Assembly: GCA_001662655.1 (NCBI GenBank)
Contig: KV460213.1
Length of the DNA: 64,000 bases
From: Pseudogymnoascus verrucosus
Lineage: Eukaryota
Direction: 5' to 3' (one strand)
The notes beneath the pieces are model-generated. The model was not told where the DNA came from. It saw only the letters and a list, made by a program, of their open reading frames with translations, and ran no database searches. This document shows, one piece after another, positions 11,373 through 24,560 of the stretch; position 1 is the first letter of the stretch; every line of letters starts with the position of its first letter. A program made the position numbers and the translations under genes.

Positions 11373-11392
11373 CTTAAAAGCGATACTCCGCG
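11373..11392 (+). promoter_or_regulatory. Cluster A motif site (CGATACTCCGCG) inside an exact 20-bp repeat; sugar-porter promoter
   Basis: CTTAAAAGCGATACTCCGCG, identical to 24813-24832. Confidence 0.75.
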
Positions 11393-11546
11393 AACAAACC
11401 CGACCGTCGTTCTCCACAACATAGCTTCCTTTACCTGGTCCGGGGTCAGCATTTGATAGGCACTTGGTAATTTAAGTAAGGAGTTACAGATCTCCGAAAT
11501 CGAGGAGATTTGACTGGAATATGCCGAAGAGGAAAGGGGGAGGCAT

Positions 11547-11558
11547 CGCGGAATGTCG
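11547..11558 (-). promoter_or_regulatory. Cluster A motif site (CGACATTCCGCG); sugar-porter promoter
   Basis: The + strand CGCGGAATGTCG is the reverse complement of the site at 20598-20609. Confidence 0.7.
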
Positions 11559-12018
11559 TTCTTAATATTTCTATCCGTCCACAGAGGAACAATAAACGCC
11601 CCTAGCGGCTTTCTCCAGATGCGGGGAAGCCTGACACTCCGCAATCCCCAGGAAAAGAGGACCCATAAAAGCATGTTAGTTGTACAGGATTTGTGGGAGG
11701 ACAATTTGCCTAAATTTTATTAAGTGGGTCGGGAAGACCGGCCGGACACCGCTTGACTGCGAGGCCGAGTCGAGACACGAAGATCTAGAATTTCCGATGG
11801 AATTATACCCTGCAACCTTGAATCTTCAGTATCAATTCTTCTAATCCGAATAGATGCCACCCAGGTAGTTCATAGCTAGAGAGTATTGTAAATGACATAT
11901 ATATACTCTTCCCCCCTCGATAGAATTGATGGTACCATTTTAATTTATCAAGGTCTTCACAATTCAACCTAGCTTCTATCTTCTCTTGACATCTACTATC
12001 ATAGATTATCCACGAAAC

Positions 12019-13780
12019 ATGGGGAGGGCCTTAGTTATCTCTTGCGCCGCCTTCTCGGCGATTGGTGGTTTCCTCTTCGGTTACGATTCTGGGATCGCCT
12101 CGTCAACCATCGCACAGCCTCAGTTCATAAAATATTTCGAGCACCCCAGCGATGCTGTGGCTGGTGGGATTGTTTCAGCATTCCAAGGTATGTGCTTACT
12201 TTATTGCCCTAGATTTTTTGAGACCGAGCACTGATTTACACTTTTAAGGTGGTGCAATCATTGGCTGTCTGACAGTGACATACCTTGGGGACGTTCTTGG
12301 TAGGAAGCGAATGATCTTCCTAGGATCGTTGATAGCTATTTTCGGATGTGCCCTGCAAGGCGGTGCAGTCACCATTGCGATGCTTATTGCTGGACGCTTT
12401 TTCGCCGGAATTGCAGTAGGACAACTAAGCAGCACCGTGCCTATCTACTGTGTAAGCAGCGACATTCTTATTCCGAATTACTTCAGTATATCTGCTAACT
12501 GTTCCTTAGGCTGAAATTGCTCCTCCAAATATCCGCGGTTTGCTCGCAGGATTGCTACAGTGGATGTTATCGTGGGGTTTCTTCGCTGCACAGTGGATTG
12601 GATATGGGTCTACATTCTCCACGTCTTCATTCCAATGTACTGAAAACCCTTGTAAGGTTCACTTTGGCATAGGCTGACCCATGAATAGGGCGTTTCCCAC
12701 TGTCTTTCCAAGTTGTGCCCGCACTAATCCTGGCTATCGGTATCCTGTTTTTGCCAGAGTCCCCTCGCTGGCTCATGGAGAAAGACAAGCCGGACGAAGC
12801 CCTGACGACTCTACGTCAACTCCACTACAATGGCCACAACGATGATTTCATCGACTTAGAATTCACTGAAATGCAAACCTCAATTCGTGCAGCCGGTGTC
12901 AACAATAAATTATCCTGGACAGAAATCGTGAAAAATCCCTCCTGGAGACGTCGCCTTGTGCTGGGATGTAGCATCCAAGCGTTTGGCCAGCTATCGGGAA
13001 TCAATGGTATGTCACTTATGAGGACCAAACTTTGTCTCGAATGTAGTAGCTAACAGGCACAAGTCATCAATTATTATGGCCCTCGCATCTACGAATCACT
13101 TGGAATTAGCACATCTGGTGCTCTCATGATTACTGGCATTAACGGAACAACTGGTATTGTGGAAAACACTATAATCCTCCTACTTATAGACAAGATTGGG
13201 AGGATTTGGCCCATCACAATCGGGGCTTTCGGCATGGCCGGCTGCATGCTTACTAACGCTATATTGAATAAGAAGTTTCCGGCTAATGCCACGAATCCTA
13301 ACAGTAACGCCTTACGTGCCCAAGTGGGGATGAACTTCGTTTTTCAACTGGCTTTCCAATCCCTCGGATGCATCTCGTGGATATACCCTGCCGAGATCTT
13401 CCCTACCGAGATCCGAGCTCTCGGGACCTCGCTGGCTGCTCTTACCAACTGGGTAGGTCTCCCTTTTAAGGCCAACTCAAACAATCGTCTCTAGAACCAA
13501 GCTAACATCATGATAGTCTTTAAGCCTAATATTTGCTCAATGCAGCCCCATAGCCTTGAGTTCCATTGGTTTTAATTATTTCTACTTTTTCTTCGCCTTC
13601 AATCTCATTTCTGGTATCTGTTATCTTGCATTCTACCCCGAGACTAAGGGCCGAACTCTAGAGCAAATGGACGCTCTCTTTGAAGATGAAAAAGCTATTC
13701 CATCTCTGGAATACGGCGATAAAGCGGCTGAGATAACAACTAAGAATAGTCAACCCACGGCCCATGTTGAGAAGATATAA
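12019..13780 (+). CDS. MFS sugar porter family transporter
   Basis: GGFLFGYDSG, GDVLGRK, GRFFAG, AEIAP..RG, PESPRWL, QLSGINVINYY, DKIGR, YPAEIFP and PETKGRTLEQMD motifs across several GT-AG introns. Confidence 0.93.
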
Positions 13781-14796
13781 TTAAACAATAGCACGCTATG
13801 AGATGGCAGATCATAATGGTGTATGAAGATTGAGAATGGGGATAAGCTAAGCGTGGCCTATTAGTTTGATAATCTTAGGCATGATTTCCATTCTATCTAT
13901 AATCACTCCTTCCATTGTGCAGTCTGCTATCTGCCCCTTAAACTTTATTAATGGGGGGAATGATCATGTCTATATTAGAAAATAACCATCGCCAGAGATG
14001 TCTCACGTGCCTATAATTTTGTCACGGCAGTTAGGCTTCTATTCCTATTAAAGCATGCAAACCTAAGAAGCAAGCATTGTTTGATGTCTTTAAACGTCTA
14101 CATACTGTTAGAACTGTAATTTTTACTTCTGTCATCGACTGTCTTATTCTGCTTCTTAGTAGACTGGCATTAATATGAGTAGTTAAATGGGCTGATGATT
14201 GTACTATTTACTATCCTTTGGGTCTTTTTACGGTCTTTGTATAACTTTAAATTATTGTGAAGATGGCGCAATAAGTCAAAGGGTCTACGGGTAACCAGCA
14301 ACTGCTAGATATAGGAAGCTAACATATTTAAGGTCAGTTCTACCCTTAATACTTCTTATATACTATCGCGTTTGCTTCTCCCTTCAGCCTCTGTACTAGC
14401 GCATCTTTCTAGGTGGAGCACTACTCTACTTTCTATGATCTAGGATCTATTCACCGATCACCTATTTATGATTCTCGTGGCGCTGGACATCCTAGGATTT
14501 TATCCGTCACTTCTCGTGCATACAGGAGCAACTAACTTGGGACATGTTGTAGTAGGTCCTCTGATGTTAACGGAGCTGCTTGTGGCATACAATGATGTGG
14601 TGTGCACCATATAATGCATATGTGAAAGGTAATATCGGAAGATTCGTGAGGCATAATCTCTCGAGGATTACAAATCACTTAGTTTAATTACACTGTCTTT
14701 GGATCATAGTAAATGGCTATAAATACTTAGGTGGCGTATGTTAAACAAATAGTAGTGGCAGATGTAGATCTGAGCTGAATCACTCAGCAGCTCAGG

Positions 14797-16142
14797 TCAC
14801 AGCGGGTATTCTGTGGTCTCGACGTTCTCCGGGTATATCAAACCACATTGTCTTGTAACGTCATCCATGACTTCCATGATAATTATGGTTTCTTCTAAGT
14901 CCAGATACTTGCCTTCCTTTCTTCCTTCAAGCAGAGCCATCCCAGCTTCATCCGCTTCCCAGAACATTCCTTGTCCTTCACCTTCAGCATTGACACCATC
15001 TCCAAATCCATTGTACCAACCGCTTCCCTTTCCTGGGCCTGGCTGTGACCAGCTCTTTTCTTCGATACTTCCATCTAAGAGGACGAGCTTTGACTTGTTT
15101 GGGTTGTGAGCGCATGGGAAGAGTTGAATTTCGCCAAGGCGTCCCTGGATGCGAACGGCTGGTGGAGGATTGGGGTCAGCGGGCGGTGAGGTTTCTAGGC
15201 GGATAGAGGTTGTGGCGATGGCGTGAGTATCCCCACCAGCGGACTCGTGTCGTGGGAACACCAGAACCATGGTTGTCATTTCATCAGCGGTGAACGTTGG
15301 CGGGTACTGTGAGGGATATTAATGTATGCCAAGGAACTGAAAGCCTGTCCCTCACATCATAAAGGGAGGCAAGCCTAACCAGGAAGACGGAACATACCTT
15401 GGTCATTGCAGCAAGCACTCGAGGTGGCCTGCGACTCTCAACCGGCTGCGTATGGTAAAGCGCCACAAAGGGCCAGGTCAGGCTATAGATTCCCAGATCT
15501 AGGAGGGCGCCACCTGCAAGATTCGCATTTACCATCCTGTGATTTGCATCCTCAAAGGATGACTCCGGATTGGTTGCTACGCTACAATCTGTGATTACTC
15601 TTACTACAGAGCCAATTTGTCCTGATGTTATTGTCTCACGCACGTATGCAGACAATGGAAAGTATCTTGTCCAGAGTGCTTCCATGAGGAAGCACCCCCT
15701 TTCTCTGGCCTTCTCTGCCAACTTCCTCGCCTGCCGAGCATTGACCGTGAAAGGTTTCTCGCATAGGACATTTTTGCCAGCTTCAAGGCACAGCATTGCA
15801 TTCTGATAATGGTGCGAGTGAGGCGTGGCAATATATATGATGTCAACCTCTGGATCATTCACGAGCTTTTCATACGAGTCATAAGCACGAGCGGAGGTTG
15901 GGGCACTGGTGTAGCTGAGGAAGGATTCAGCCCTCGACAGGGAGGACGAAGATGCTGCTGCGACAACAGTGTGTCTGATGGCAGTGACTCCGCGGGTGAT
16001 GGGGTCGACGAGCAGATCTTTGGTACTAGAGACATGTTAGAATATAATACTCCTGTAGCATTTTACGGTGGGATTTGAACAATGTTGTTGCAATGCTACC
16101 AGTGGCAAGGATCCCCCAGCGAATTACTTTTGGAGGAGACAT
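14797..16142 (-). CDS. Gfo/Idh/MocA oxidoreductase (dihydrodiol dehydrogenase / NADP+ D-xylose 1-dehydrogenase-like), 3 exons
   Basis: Start MSPPKVIRWGILATGSIA; DIIYIATPHSHH, VLCEKP, MEALWTRYFP, GGALLDLGIY and MFWEADE motifs. Introns near 16028-16078 and 15308-15397. Confidence 0.9.
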
Positions 16143-16303
16143 GATGGTCTTTGAAAGGTACTCAAATCGTTAATGGCCGTTCGTAAACAAGAGGAATAGA
16201 GATTGACGATGATCGTACGCAAAGGATTTCGACGGTCATATATATCTGTCGATGGCGAGATGGCGACAGCAGTCATTCACTGAGAAGTCGTCGTGGTTAT
16301 CGC

Positions 16304-16314
16304 CGACATTCCGC
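16304..16314 (+). promoter_or_regulatory. Cluster A motif site (CGACATTCCGC) in the divergent dehydrogenase/NmrA promoter
   Basis: Exact match to CGAYAYTCCGC. Confidence 0.7.
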
Positions 16315-16408
16315 TGCAACTTGAAACTGTCCTGAGTCTAGTTAGAGCTGTGCTTGAATTATCCTCTGAAGTCAGCTGATCAGGACATCTTCCCCCCTAT
16401 CTCTTCGC

Positions 16409-16420
16409 CGACACTCCGCG
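16409..16420 (+). promoter_or_regulatory. Cluster A motif site (CGACACTCCGCG) in the divergent dehydrogenase/NmrA promoter
   Basis: Exact match to CGAYAYTCCGCG. Confidence 0.7.
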
Positions 16421-16854
16421 GGGATGTCAAGCTGCAGAGTATTCAGGATAGAAAATGATGTAAATGTGCGGATGTTGTATACTAAGGAAACTCCGGAAAC
16501 GGGATGTCGCTGTCCGACGAAGTGCGGGCCAGTCATGTCTTGAAGCTAATGCACGGATCCTTACCGAATGAATCGCAGTCGATATAGACCCCGATATTAC
16601 TCAACATGTCATGCTCTGCGTCGAAACCAGATTACATACCATAGTCCGACTTTCACCGAGGATGACCTAATTATACCTAGATTGATATAGAACTGTATAG
16701 ACTTGAGTACACCATAGAGTATATTGAAATATATATTAGTAGTTATAGTCTTCTCTTCCAACCCACAACTAATTCTGTGCTTTCGACCTGCAACTTAATT
16801 TACCATTTAAATCTCACTCAGTGCCGAATTTGCTAAAGCAAAATCGTATCTATA

Positions 16855-17937
16855 ATGTCAAAGCTATTGACTGTATTTGGGGCCACTGGAAACCAGGGCG
16901 GTTCTGTTATCAGGGCAGTATTGAACGATCCTGTGCTGTCAAAGGAATTCAAGATACGTGGCATCACTCGTGATGTGTCCAAGCCAGCAGCCCAAGCTTT
17001 GGAAAGCCGAGGAGTTGAAGTGATGGCGGTAAGTGTCCCGCTACTACTGCGTGCTCCATTCTGTGCGTTATAAGGCAAACGACTGATACAATGAAGGCCG
17101 ATATGAACTCCAGAAGCTCTCTGGCCGAAGCACTCAGGGGATCGCACAGCGTCTTCCTCGTGACGACGCCTGACTTCATGTCCGGAGATAGTCAGGAGCT
17201 GACCCACGGCAAAGACGTCGCCGATGTCGCGCACGAGGCCGGAATCAAACATCTCATATTTTCCTCTTTGCTCCATGTCACAGATGTTACCAACGGCCGC
17301 CTCAAGCACGTCCTACATTTTGACATGAAGGCAGATGTAGAGCGTTACATCCGCTCAAAGGGCCTGCCTGGCACCTTTATTCTGCCCGGCTACTTCATGA
17401 GCAACTTCACTGCACTGCAGATGCTAAAGAAGGGTGACGGCGGGGTCTATACACTAGTGTTCCCCGTTACTAGCGAGGCAAAATTCCCTCTCATTGACAC
17501 AGAGGCAGATATTGGTAAGTACAGACTGCTCGAAAAATCAACGCCTTTGTCCGTCACTATCTAGTCATTAGTAAACTACTAACCTCTTAATTCTATCAGG
17601 AAAATATGTAGTGGCGGCGATCAAGAACCGTACGGATGTTTTAGGAAAGCAGATCCTTGCAGCAGCTGATTACTACACCCCAACTCGCATTATCTCTGAG
17701 TTCGAAGAGGTAACTGGGAAGAAGGGACGATTTATGCCGGTTGACTCAGAGACCTATAAAAGTTTCCTTCCCGAGTCGATGGCAGAGGAAATGCTAGAGA
17801 ATCACTTGTTCATAGAGGATCCAGGCTATTTTGCTGGCCAGGACTTGAAAGGAAGCTTGGATTTGCTAGATAAAGTGGGATTAAAGCCAAATTCGTGGAG
17901 GGATTTCTTAACAAAGAACAAGAGCTTGTTCGAGTAG
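16855..17937 (+). CDS. NmrA-like family (atypical SDR) NAD(P)-binding protein, 3 exons
   Basis: LLTVFGATGNQGGSV Rossmann motif, IRGITRD, HLIFSSL, HFDMKADVE, PGYFMSN, DIGK. Introns start at 17029 and 17515. Confidence 0.9.
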
Positions 17938-18869
17938 GAAGTCTAGTTGTGTCAGATCTCTAAACAATGCCTGAGAATAGCCAAGATATACGTTACTTTA
18001 TTATCTCATCTTAGAAAACGAACTTATAGATGAAGCAATGTATTACTGTATTAATTTCTCCTACTAGAGATCAGAAGGTTCTAGACAGCCATCGGCAATG
18101 GAAAGCACAAACTCTGCAAAATTGCATTTTGATGCCCTACTAAACCACGAGCATTGCCACATAATTACATTTCTTTCCCTAATCCGCTAGTTAATATTAA
18201 GTTGAGCTTTGCAAATAATAACGAATCTGTTACACATCTTCTAATTTCCGTGTAATCCATCTATCTAAGCAATGATAGTTAAACCCCTCTCTGTAGCGTC
18301 TAGTGAAATTCTACAAAACATTACAAATCCACGCCGATATCATCGGACTCACGTCGTTTCTCGGACAAAAACATATCCCGGAGTGCGACAGTATTGCTCT
18401 ATAATCAATTTCTACTCTACAACATTCCATCCATCTTCAGAAAAAGGTCCCATTCTAGACTTCCTAATCATTACGGCCCGAATTTCGCGCGTATCGTTGG
18501 TTTCATACTGCTAGTGAGGTTGCAAAAGATGGACATACCGGTTGAGAGCAAGATCCGTTTGGTAACATATCCATTACCTCTACAAGCCGCCTCTGTCGGA
18601 CTTCTCGCAGTTGATGGAAGCTATTACCGAACAGCGCCTACCACTTTTTCCTAATCTAGAGTATTTTCGTCCCTAAAAGTTTAGTAATATCGAGGTGTTG
18701 TAGAGCAGGCCGCGAAAGTCCGAGATCTTAGCACGCCTGGCTTGGCACGGTTTTCGCATATCTCTCAAACACGGTATAAGTTAAAGCTGTTACCAGGCCG
18801 CAAAAGCCTTACAAGTTCGTATAAAACCATTCTATTGGCCTTAAAGCACTCTCATTACATTATCCAACC

Positions 18870-19968
18870 ATGGCAGCCATAACTATAGGAATCGCAGGCA
18901 TCACTGGCAAATTTGCCCGTCGCCTAGTAGCGCACCTCCAAGGCCACGACGTGGTTATTAGAGGCTACTGCCGCGATGCTAGCAAGTTCTCAGCCTCCCC
19001 TATTTCATTACCGCAAATCCAAATAACCCAAGGCGATGCATTTGATTCTGCCGCGGTACAGTCATTCGTAAAAGGTTGCGATGTTATCGTTTGCTGTTAT
19101 CTAGGCGATGACAAGCTCATGGTCGATGGGCAGAAAATGCTGATCGACTCGTGCGAGGAGGCGAATGTTCCCCGATACATTGCTAGCGACTGGGCGCTCG
19201 ACTACACAAAGCTAGAGCTAGGCCAGCTTTTTCCGAAGGATCCGGTGAAGCATGTCAAAGCCTATTTGGACACGAAGAAGAACGTCAAGGGAGTCCACAT
19301 CCTCATCGGAGGATTTATGGAACCCATTTTCAGCCCGTTTTTCAATATTTGGGATCCAGTAACAACAACGTTCCGGTATTGGGGTGAAGGTGATGAGGTG
19401 TGGGAGGGAACGACATATGACAACGCTGCTGAATATACAGCTGCTGTCGCTCTTGATGCCAATGCTACCGGGATCCAGCGTTGTAAGTTGGTTCCATTGA
19501 AACGATAACTATAAGCAGCTTCTATACTATACGTTCGGGTGCTGATTTTTACGCAGTTCTTGGTGATCGGGCAACCATCCAGCAGATTGCAGAATCCTTC
19601 GAAAATGTCTACGGCGTAAAGCCCCGCCTTGAAAGACTCGGCTCATTACACGAACTATACAAGAAGATGCATGAGCTCCGTGCTAAGTATCCCACTGATA
19701 TCTTCAAGTACATGTCAATGTGTGTTATTATATCTATATTGTCACTCTTTTCACGATCAATAAACTAACATGATGAAGGTTCTTCATGTACTACTGGATC
19801 AACGGGCAGACATTTGTGGGCCCAGAATTGGACAATTCCAAATATCCTGACATCAAGCCAGTGAGTTGGGAGGACTTCATGAAAACACGCACAGTGGACC
19901 AGCTGCCGGGTGCATTCAATGCCCTCGCTGGGGACTTTAAAGTAGGAGACAAGAGGCAAGCTAGCTAG
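18870..19968 (+). CDS. NmrA/isoflavone-reductase-like NAD(P)-binding protein, 3 exons
   Basis: IGIAGITGKF, LIDSCEEANVPRYIASDW, YWGEGDE..TTYDNAAEYTAAVALD, ELDNSKYPDIKP. Introns start near 19483 and 19722. Confidence 0.85.
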
Positions 19969-20075
19969 TTAGAGAACGAGGATGCACAGAAATGGGCTTA
20001 GATCGTTTTCAATTCAAACCGAACCCATTTTCCTTCTCGCTACGTCCGTTCCATCATGAGGCGTGTCTAAGAAGA

Positions 20076-20280
20076 CTATACCGTGTGTAGATCAGAAGAC
20101 CTTCTCGGGGGTTTATTCACCTTTTCTGCAGCATAACAGTGTCTCTTCGCCCAGGCCCTTGCGACTGTGGATGATGAAACTGACCGGCCTTTCTCTGCAA
20201 TCAGTTCGTAGATGTGACACTGGAAATGCCAGGCTCTGTCCATAATTTCTAAGAGTATTGCCTTTATCCTCAACTGTATG
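20076..20280 (-). mobile_element. Possible degraded Tc1/mariner (IS630-like) transposase HTH relic
   Basis: AILLEIMDRAWHFQCHIYELIAEKGRSVSSSTVARAWAKR resembles the 'E.....G.SVS.STI.RAL' HTH of fungal Tc1-like transposases. No DDE domain or TIRs seen. Confidence 0.3.
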
Positions 20281-20597
20281 AATGAACTGTATGAATGGTG
20301 GTTTGGTAGTGGTAGAAGCGGGTTGTAGAATTCATAAACTTGGCCCAGCTCTTTTATCTTTGTGACAAGAAGGCCGGTTTAACTCGTCGGCTGGCGGGCG
20401 TTGATCTGGCTCTACGTGTAGCATCTTTGTGGATTTGCGATTAAGGTGATTGGACATCTCGTTGAAATTATCCGGTGGCCATAGGCCCCGTTCACCGTAG
20501 TCGCGGGGTCGGCGGTCAAAATCAACGGGAAAGGTCAGGAACTCCAGATTAGGAGGTCGCGGTGGGGGGGACTAGTCATGACTAGGGTATGGTCGAG

Positions 20598-20609
20598 CGA
20601 CATTCCGCG
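20598..20609 (+). promoter_or_regulatory. Cluster A motif site (CGACATTCCGCG) in the promoter of the cluster Zn2Cys6 TF
   Basis: Exact match about 190 bp upstream of ATG 20801. Confidence 0.7.
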
Positions 20610-20800
20610 ACAACAGTCAACGCCATTTATCCAACCCTTTCAATTTACCGTCTTATTTAAAGACGAGACTCCGCGACCCCCCCCCCCCCACCAACAACTT
20701 TCTCCGCATATTCATCCTATACCCCAGGTTTTGCTTCAAACAAAAGGACGGGTCCTGTTGTTCAAGAATCCTAGTGGGTCATTCGGGAATTGTTGGTGGG

Positions 20801-22860
20801 ATGGCCAGCCCTTTCACTGGATCCCCTGTCGATGTCGACCCATCGCATCAGCACATATCACCGCCAGAAACCGGCAACAGAATACAGAAACGCCCAGCTC
20901 CCCGTGGAACTGCCGCGTATCCTCGGAAGCGTGCGAATAAAGCTTGCCAGGTTTGTCGAGCTCGACGAACGAAATGCGACAACAAGAGACCCTCTTGCAC
21001 GTTTTGTGAGAAGGCTGGCACCGAATGTGTATGGGCGCCGCATGATCTATCATCGTAAGTCTCTCGTGCTAGAGTTTGCCATCCTTAATTATGAAGCACA
21101 GGCTTTCTCCCTTGTCACCGGACCCGAATTTGGAAGACGCGTTTTATCCCACTAATTTTAACTTTCCCCAGATTTGACCCTGCTAGCCTGGCCATTCTCG
21201 AGCGATTTGATCATTTGGAATCATTAATCCTCTCAAATGGCAGTCAATCTCAACCACAGGCATTGGCAACTACTCCCACCTCCGAGCTGGATCAGCAACA
21301 TCCTCTCACTGATCAGCCACTAGGGTGTGTGGCCCTTGATTCAATAAACATACGGATCGAGGCTATTCTGGAATGGAAACCACTGCAAAACATTATTAGG
21401 AATTTGACCTTCCCTCACTTAGAATCTCCAACAGAATCAATCTACCATGGCGCAGTCTCGGGGCTGGAAGATCTTGATATAGTCACGTGCAATCGATTAT
21501 TAGATAGTTTTTGGAAAAGAGTTCATTCTAAAAACCCTATCCTCGTCCAGGAAGATGTCAAAAGGTACATGAGCCAGGCAGTCCTCAATGGCATCGCCTG
21601 GAATGCAAAATCATGTCTTGTGGTAGAGTCATCTATTTCTTCTTCGCAGTGTTAAGCTGACTATAGTTAGCTCCTAATTTGTGCACTTGGCACTCTTTCT
21701 ACAGACTTCAAATCTCAAGACACTAATCACGATGGTCATTCTGCTCAAGACGATCCGGCCAAGGGGAAAGCCCAGGCACAGCACTATTTCTCTGCGGCCC
21801 AAAAGCGCATATCAGTATGCTTAGGCAAACGTGGAATACTCGAAGCACAATGCCTCTTTTATTGTGGTGTATATCTAACGACGACGATGCAACCTGAAGC
21901 AGCATGGTCGATGTTTCTTCAAGCAAAAACTAGTTGTCAAAGCTTCAATTGGTCGACTCAGGTCTTACCGAGAGAGGAAGATTTTGGATCTGCCTTGAAA
22001 CGAAATGACACATGGGTAGCGGAAGAATGTACTTATTGGACTTGTTGGAAATCAGAAATGTAAGTTTTCCTAGAGTTTGACGTTGCGTTGTAGGTTCTAA
22101 TCGATCAAAGCGAAATGCATCTAGAGTTGAGCCCTCCAGGATTTCGTATCCTAGATTTGTGGTACCCTGACAAGTTCCCAGATCCACCCAGGCATACAAT
22201 CACAGACTCTGACCGATCATGGTTTTTCTACTTGGCTGAAATTGCATTACGAAGACTTGCAAATCGAATTCTTGCCTTCATTGCTTTAGACCACAATATG
22301 GACAATCCGCAAGATATAGCACGTGCACACGAAAATGCTGCCGAGTTTGAACAAGAAGCTAATGACTGGTTGGTGTACCCTTCCTTGGGTCTCTCATAGC
22401 TTTACTAAATAATCATAGGGTGCAGTCCTTGCCATCTCCTCACGGGCTAGATAGATCTAGTGACGATGTCTTGAACTTCATCTTAGAAGGGCACCTTGGC
22501 AATTGCTACGAATTCATCTACTGGCCATTCATTAAACACACGATCAATAGCCCATTTCGTAATTTGTCGACTGATGAATACGTGAGAAAGGGGCTTCAAG
22601 TCGCCATGGACCGACTAAATCTAAATAGGCCCGGGTTCAAGCATCGGCATCATGGAACATACTACCTGATTCGATCCTGCACGAGAAGTGCATTTGTGTT
22701 ATTAGCTGCCCACTTCAAGGGCAACTTGGAGGATTTAATGCCAATAGGTTGGTTTGAAACCATCTGGAGTGTGGTGGACTTACTAGAGTTCTGGCAAGAT
22801 GAGCTCCCTGACGCTAGACGATGGAGAGATTCAATGACCCATCTGATGCAACAGGCCTAA
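20801..22860 (+). CDS. Zn(II)2Cys6 transcription factor with fungal middle homology region (candidate cluster A regulator)
   Basis: ACQVCRARRTKCDNKRPSCTFCEKAGTEC; VHSKNPIL; YWTCWKSE; WFFYLAEIALRRL; HRHHGT. The exons I translated are open. Confidence 0.92.
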
Positions 22861-22951
22861 CATCCAAAATACTAAAAACGAGTCATCAAAAGCTCGAGCA
22901 AATACATGAATTATATTGATAAGTTACAGCCGGCTAATCTCTACCCCATCA

Positions 22952-24560
22952 TTAGTGCTTTATCGCATCCTTCTCCAGAATAACATTCAGCTCCCCTCTC
23001 TGCACACAATTCTCAAACTTAAAACTCGCCGCCAACTCCCTCAACTCGTCTTCAGTCTTCCCCCTAAAATATTCTGCCATCTCAAAACACAAGTACTCCG
23101 AAAGCAAACACTCCCTCAACACACGGTCAATATGCCTCCCCATATCCCAAAGTGGGGAGGGGTATTTCTTATTCCAGTGTTCTTTTGGAACCACATCTTC
23201 AAAGTGCTGTTTCACAGGTGCATAGATATGCGCCACTTCCTTGTCATCTCGCCCCCAGAAGTCAACGCCGAGACGGGCTTTCTTTTCCATAAATGGGCCG
23301 AGAAGTTTGAACCATGCACTTTCGGGGGAGACATGCAACATTCCCTGGTACCCAATATCCTTGTACAACCAAATCGACCAGCTCACACCGCTCTCGGCAT
23401 AAATAGCCAACTGCTCCTCCAATAGCGCATATCTCTTCTCATTGACTTCCTCGTGACCTTTCTGGGATTTGAACTCATACACTGGTCCAAATTCGCCGTT
23501 CCATATCGGCACTTTCTGTTTCCTCATAAACTCGACTTTTCTCTCAAAGGACTTCCTCAGTTTGGTCTTATGCTCGACAGTGCCGGCGTACTGTTCTTGC
23601 GAGGGGAACCCCATGGAGGAGTAGTCGTGCATCGAATACACGCAGTTGGGGAGGATGGCTGTGAATTGCCTGAAGTCCATAGAATATGTATTACCGTCGA
23701 GGAAAAGAATGTGATCCGGGTCGACTGAGCGGATTGCTGCTTCGATTCTCTCGTAGAACTTGATTAGTCTTTTGTGTTCTGGGTCTGCAGGTTCGTTAAG
23801 GGGGTTGTATCCTGCCACCTAAAATTGATATATTGTTAGCACATCATCAATTTTCACCTTGAAACATATGGTGAGATATACATAAGGATTCCCCTTGTAC
23901 CTCTTTGCAATCTCTACCCACAAATTGATCGCACGATCCTGAAACTCCCTAAAGCGCCAGAACAGGGCTTCGCTTATGCCAGAATCCGAATGCCAGTCCT
24001 GGTTTTGCCCGCCTGGAACTGCGTGCAAGTCTAAGACAACATAAAGACCCTCGGCAGTGCAGTGCTCGACGACGCGGTCTAGGAGTTGGAATCCCTTCTC
24101 AAGATAAACGCCGGGATTAAAATCGTCTTCGAAATGGGCATAGTTAAAAGGGATGCGGACGCAGTTTAGGCCGAGGGAGGCGAAGTAGTGAGCATCTGCA
24201 CGGGTGAAGAAGTAGTCGAGGAACTATTTTGAGGTTTTATTAGTTTATGATGCTTTCTGGGTGTAATATGGAAAGAAGTGTTGCTTACGGAATCAAAAAA
24301 GACATCGTACTTCTCTTTTCCCAAAACTTTGAGGAGAGCTGCTCTGTGTTGACGCTCGTGGCCACTGAAGCCACTAATAAAGTTCTCCATGTTCATGTGG
24401 CCTCCAAGAGCAGCCTAGAGGTGGGATTAGCTTTCTCGAACCGTTTTTTATATATACTTAGGAATAGACTCACCCCTTTCAATATCACAGTGTGTCCGGA
24501 GCCGTCAACTATGCTCGTGCCGGATACACGGAGGATAGAATTGATCTTACCATTTAGCAT
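22952..24560 (-). CDS. Glycoside hydrolase family 5, intracellular (subfamily GH5_22-like, beta-xylosidase type)
   Basis: LGGHMNMENFISG, LGLNCVRIPFNY, LDLHAVPGGQNQDWH, acid/base YNPLNEP, nucleophile IWNGEFGP, WSIWLYKD. No signal peptide. 3 introns. Confidence 0.88.

Noticed and set aside
13900..14480. RIP-degraded repeat in a TA-rich intergenic stretch
   Set aside because: Composition is suggestive, but I could not find a second copy or coding remnant. It needs RIP indices and a repeat library.
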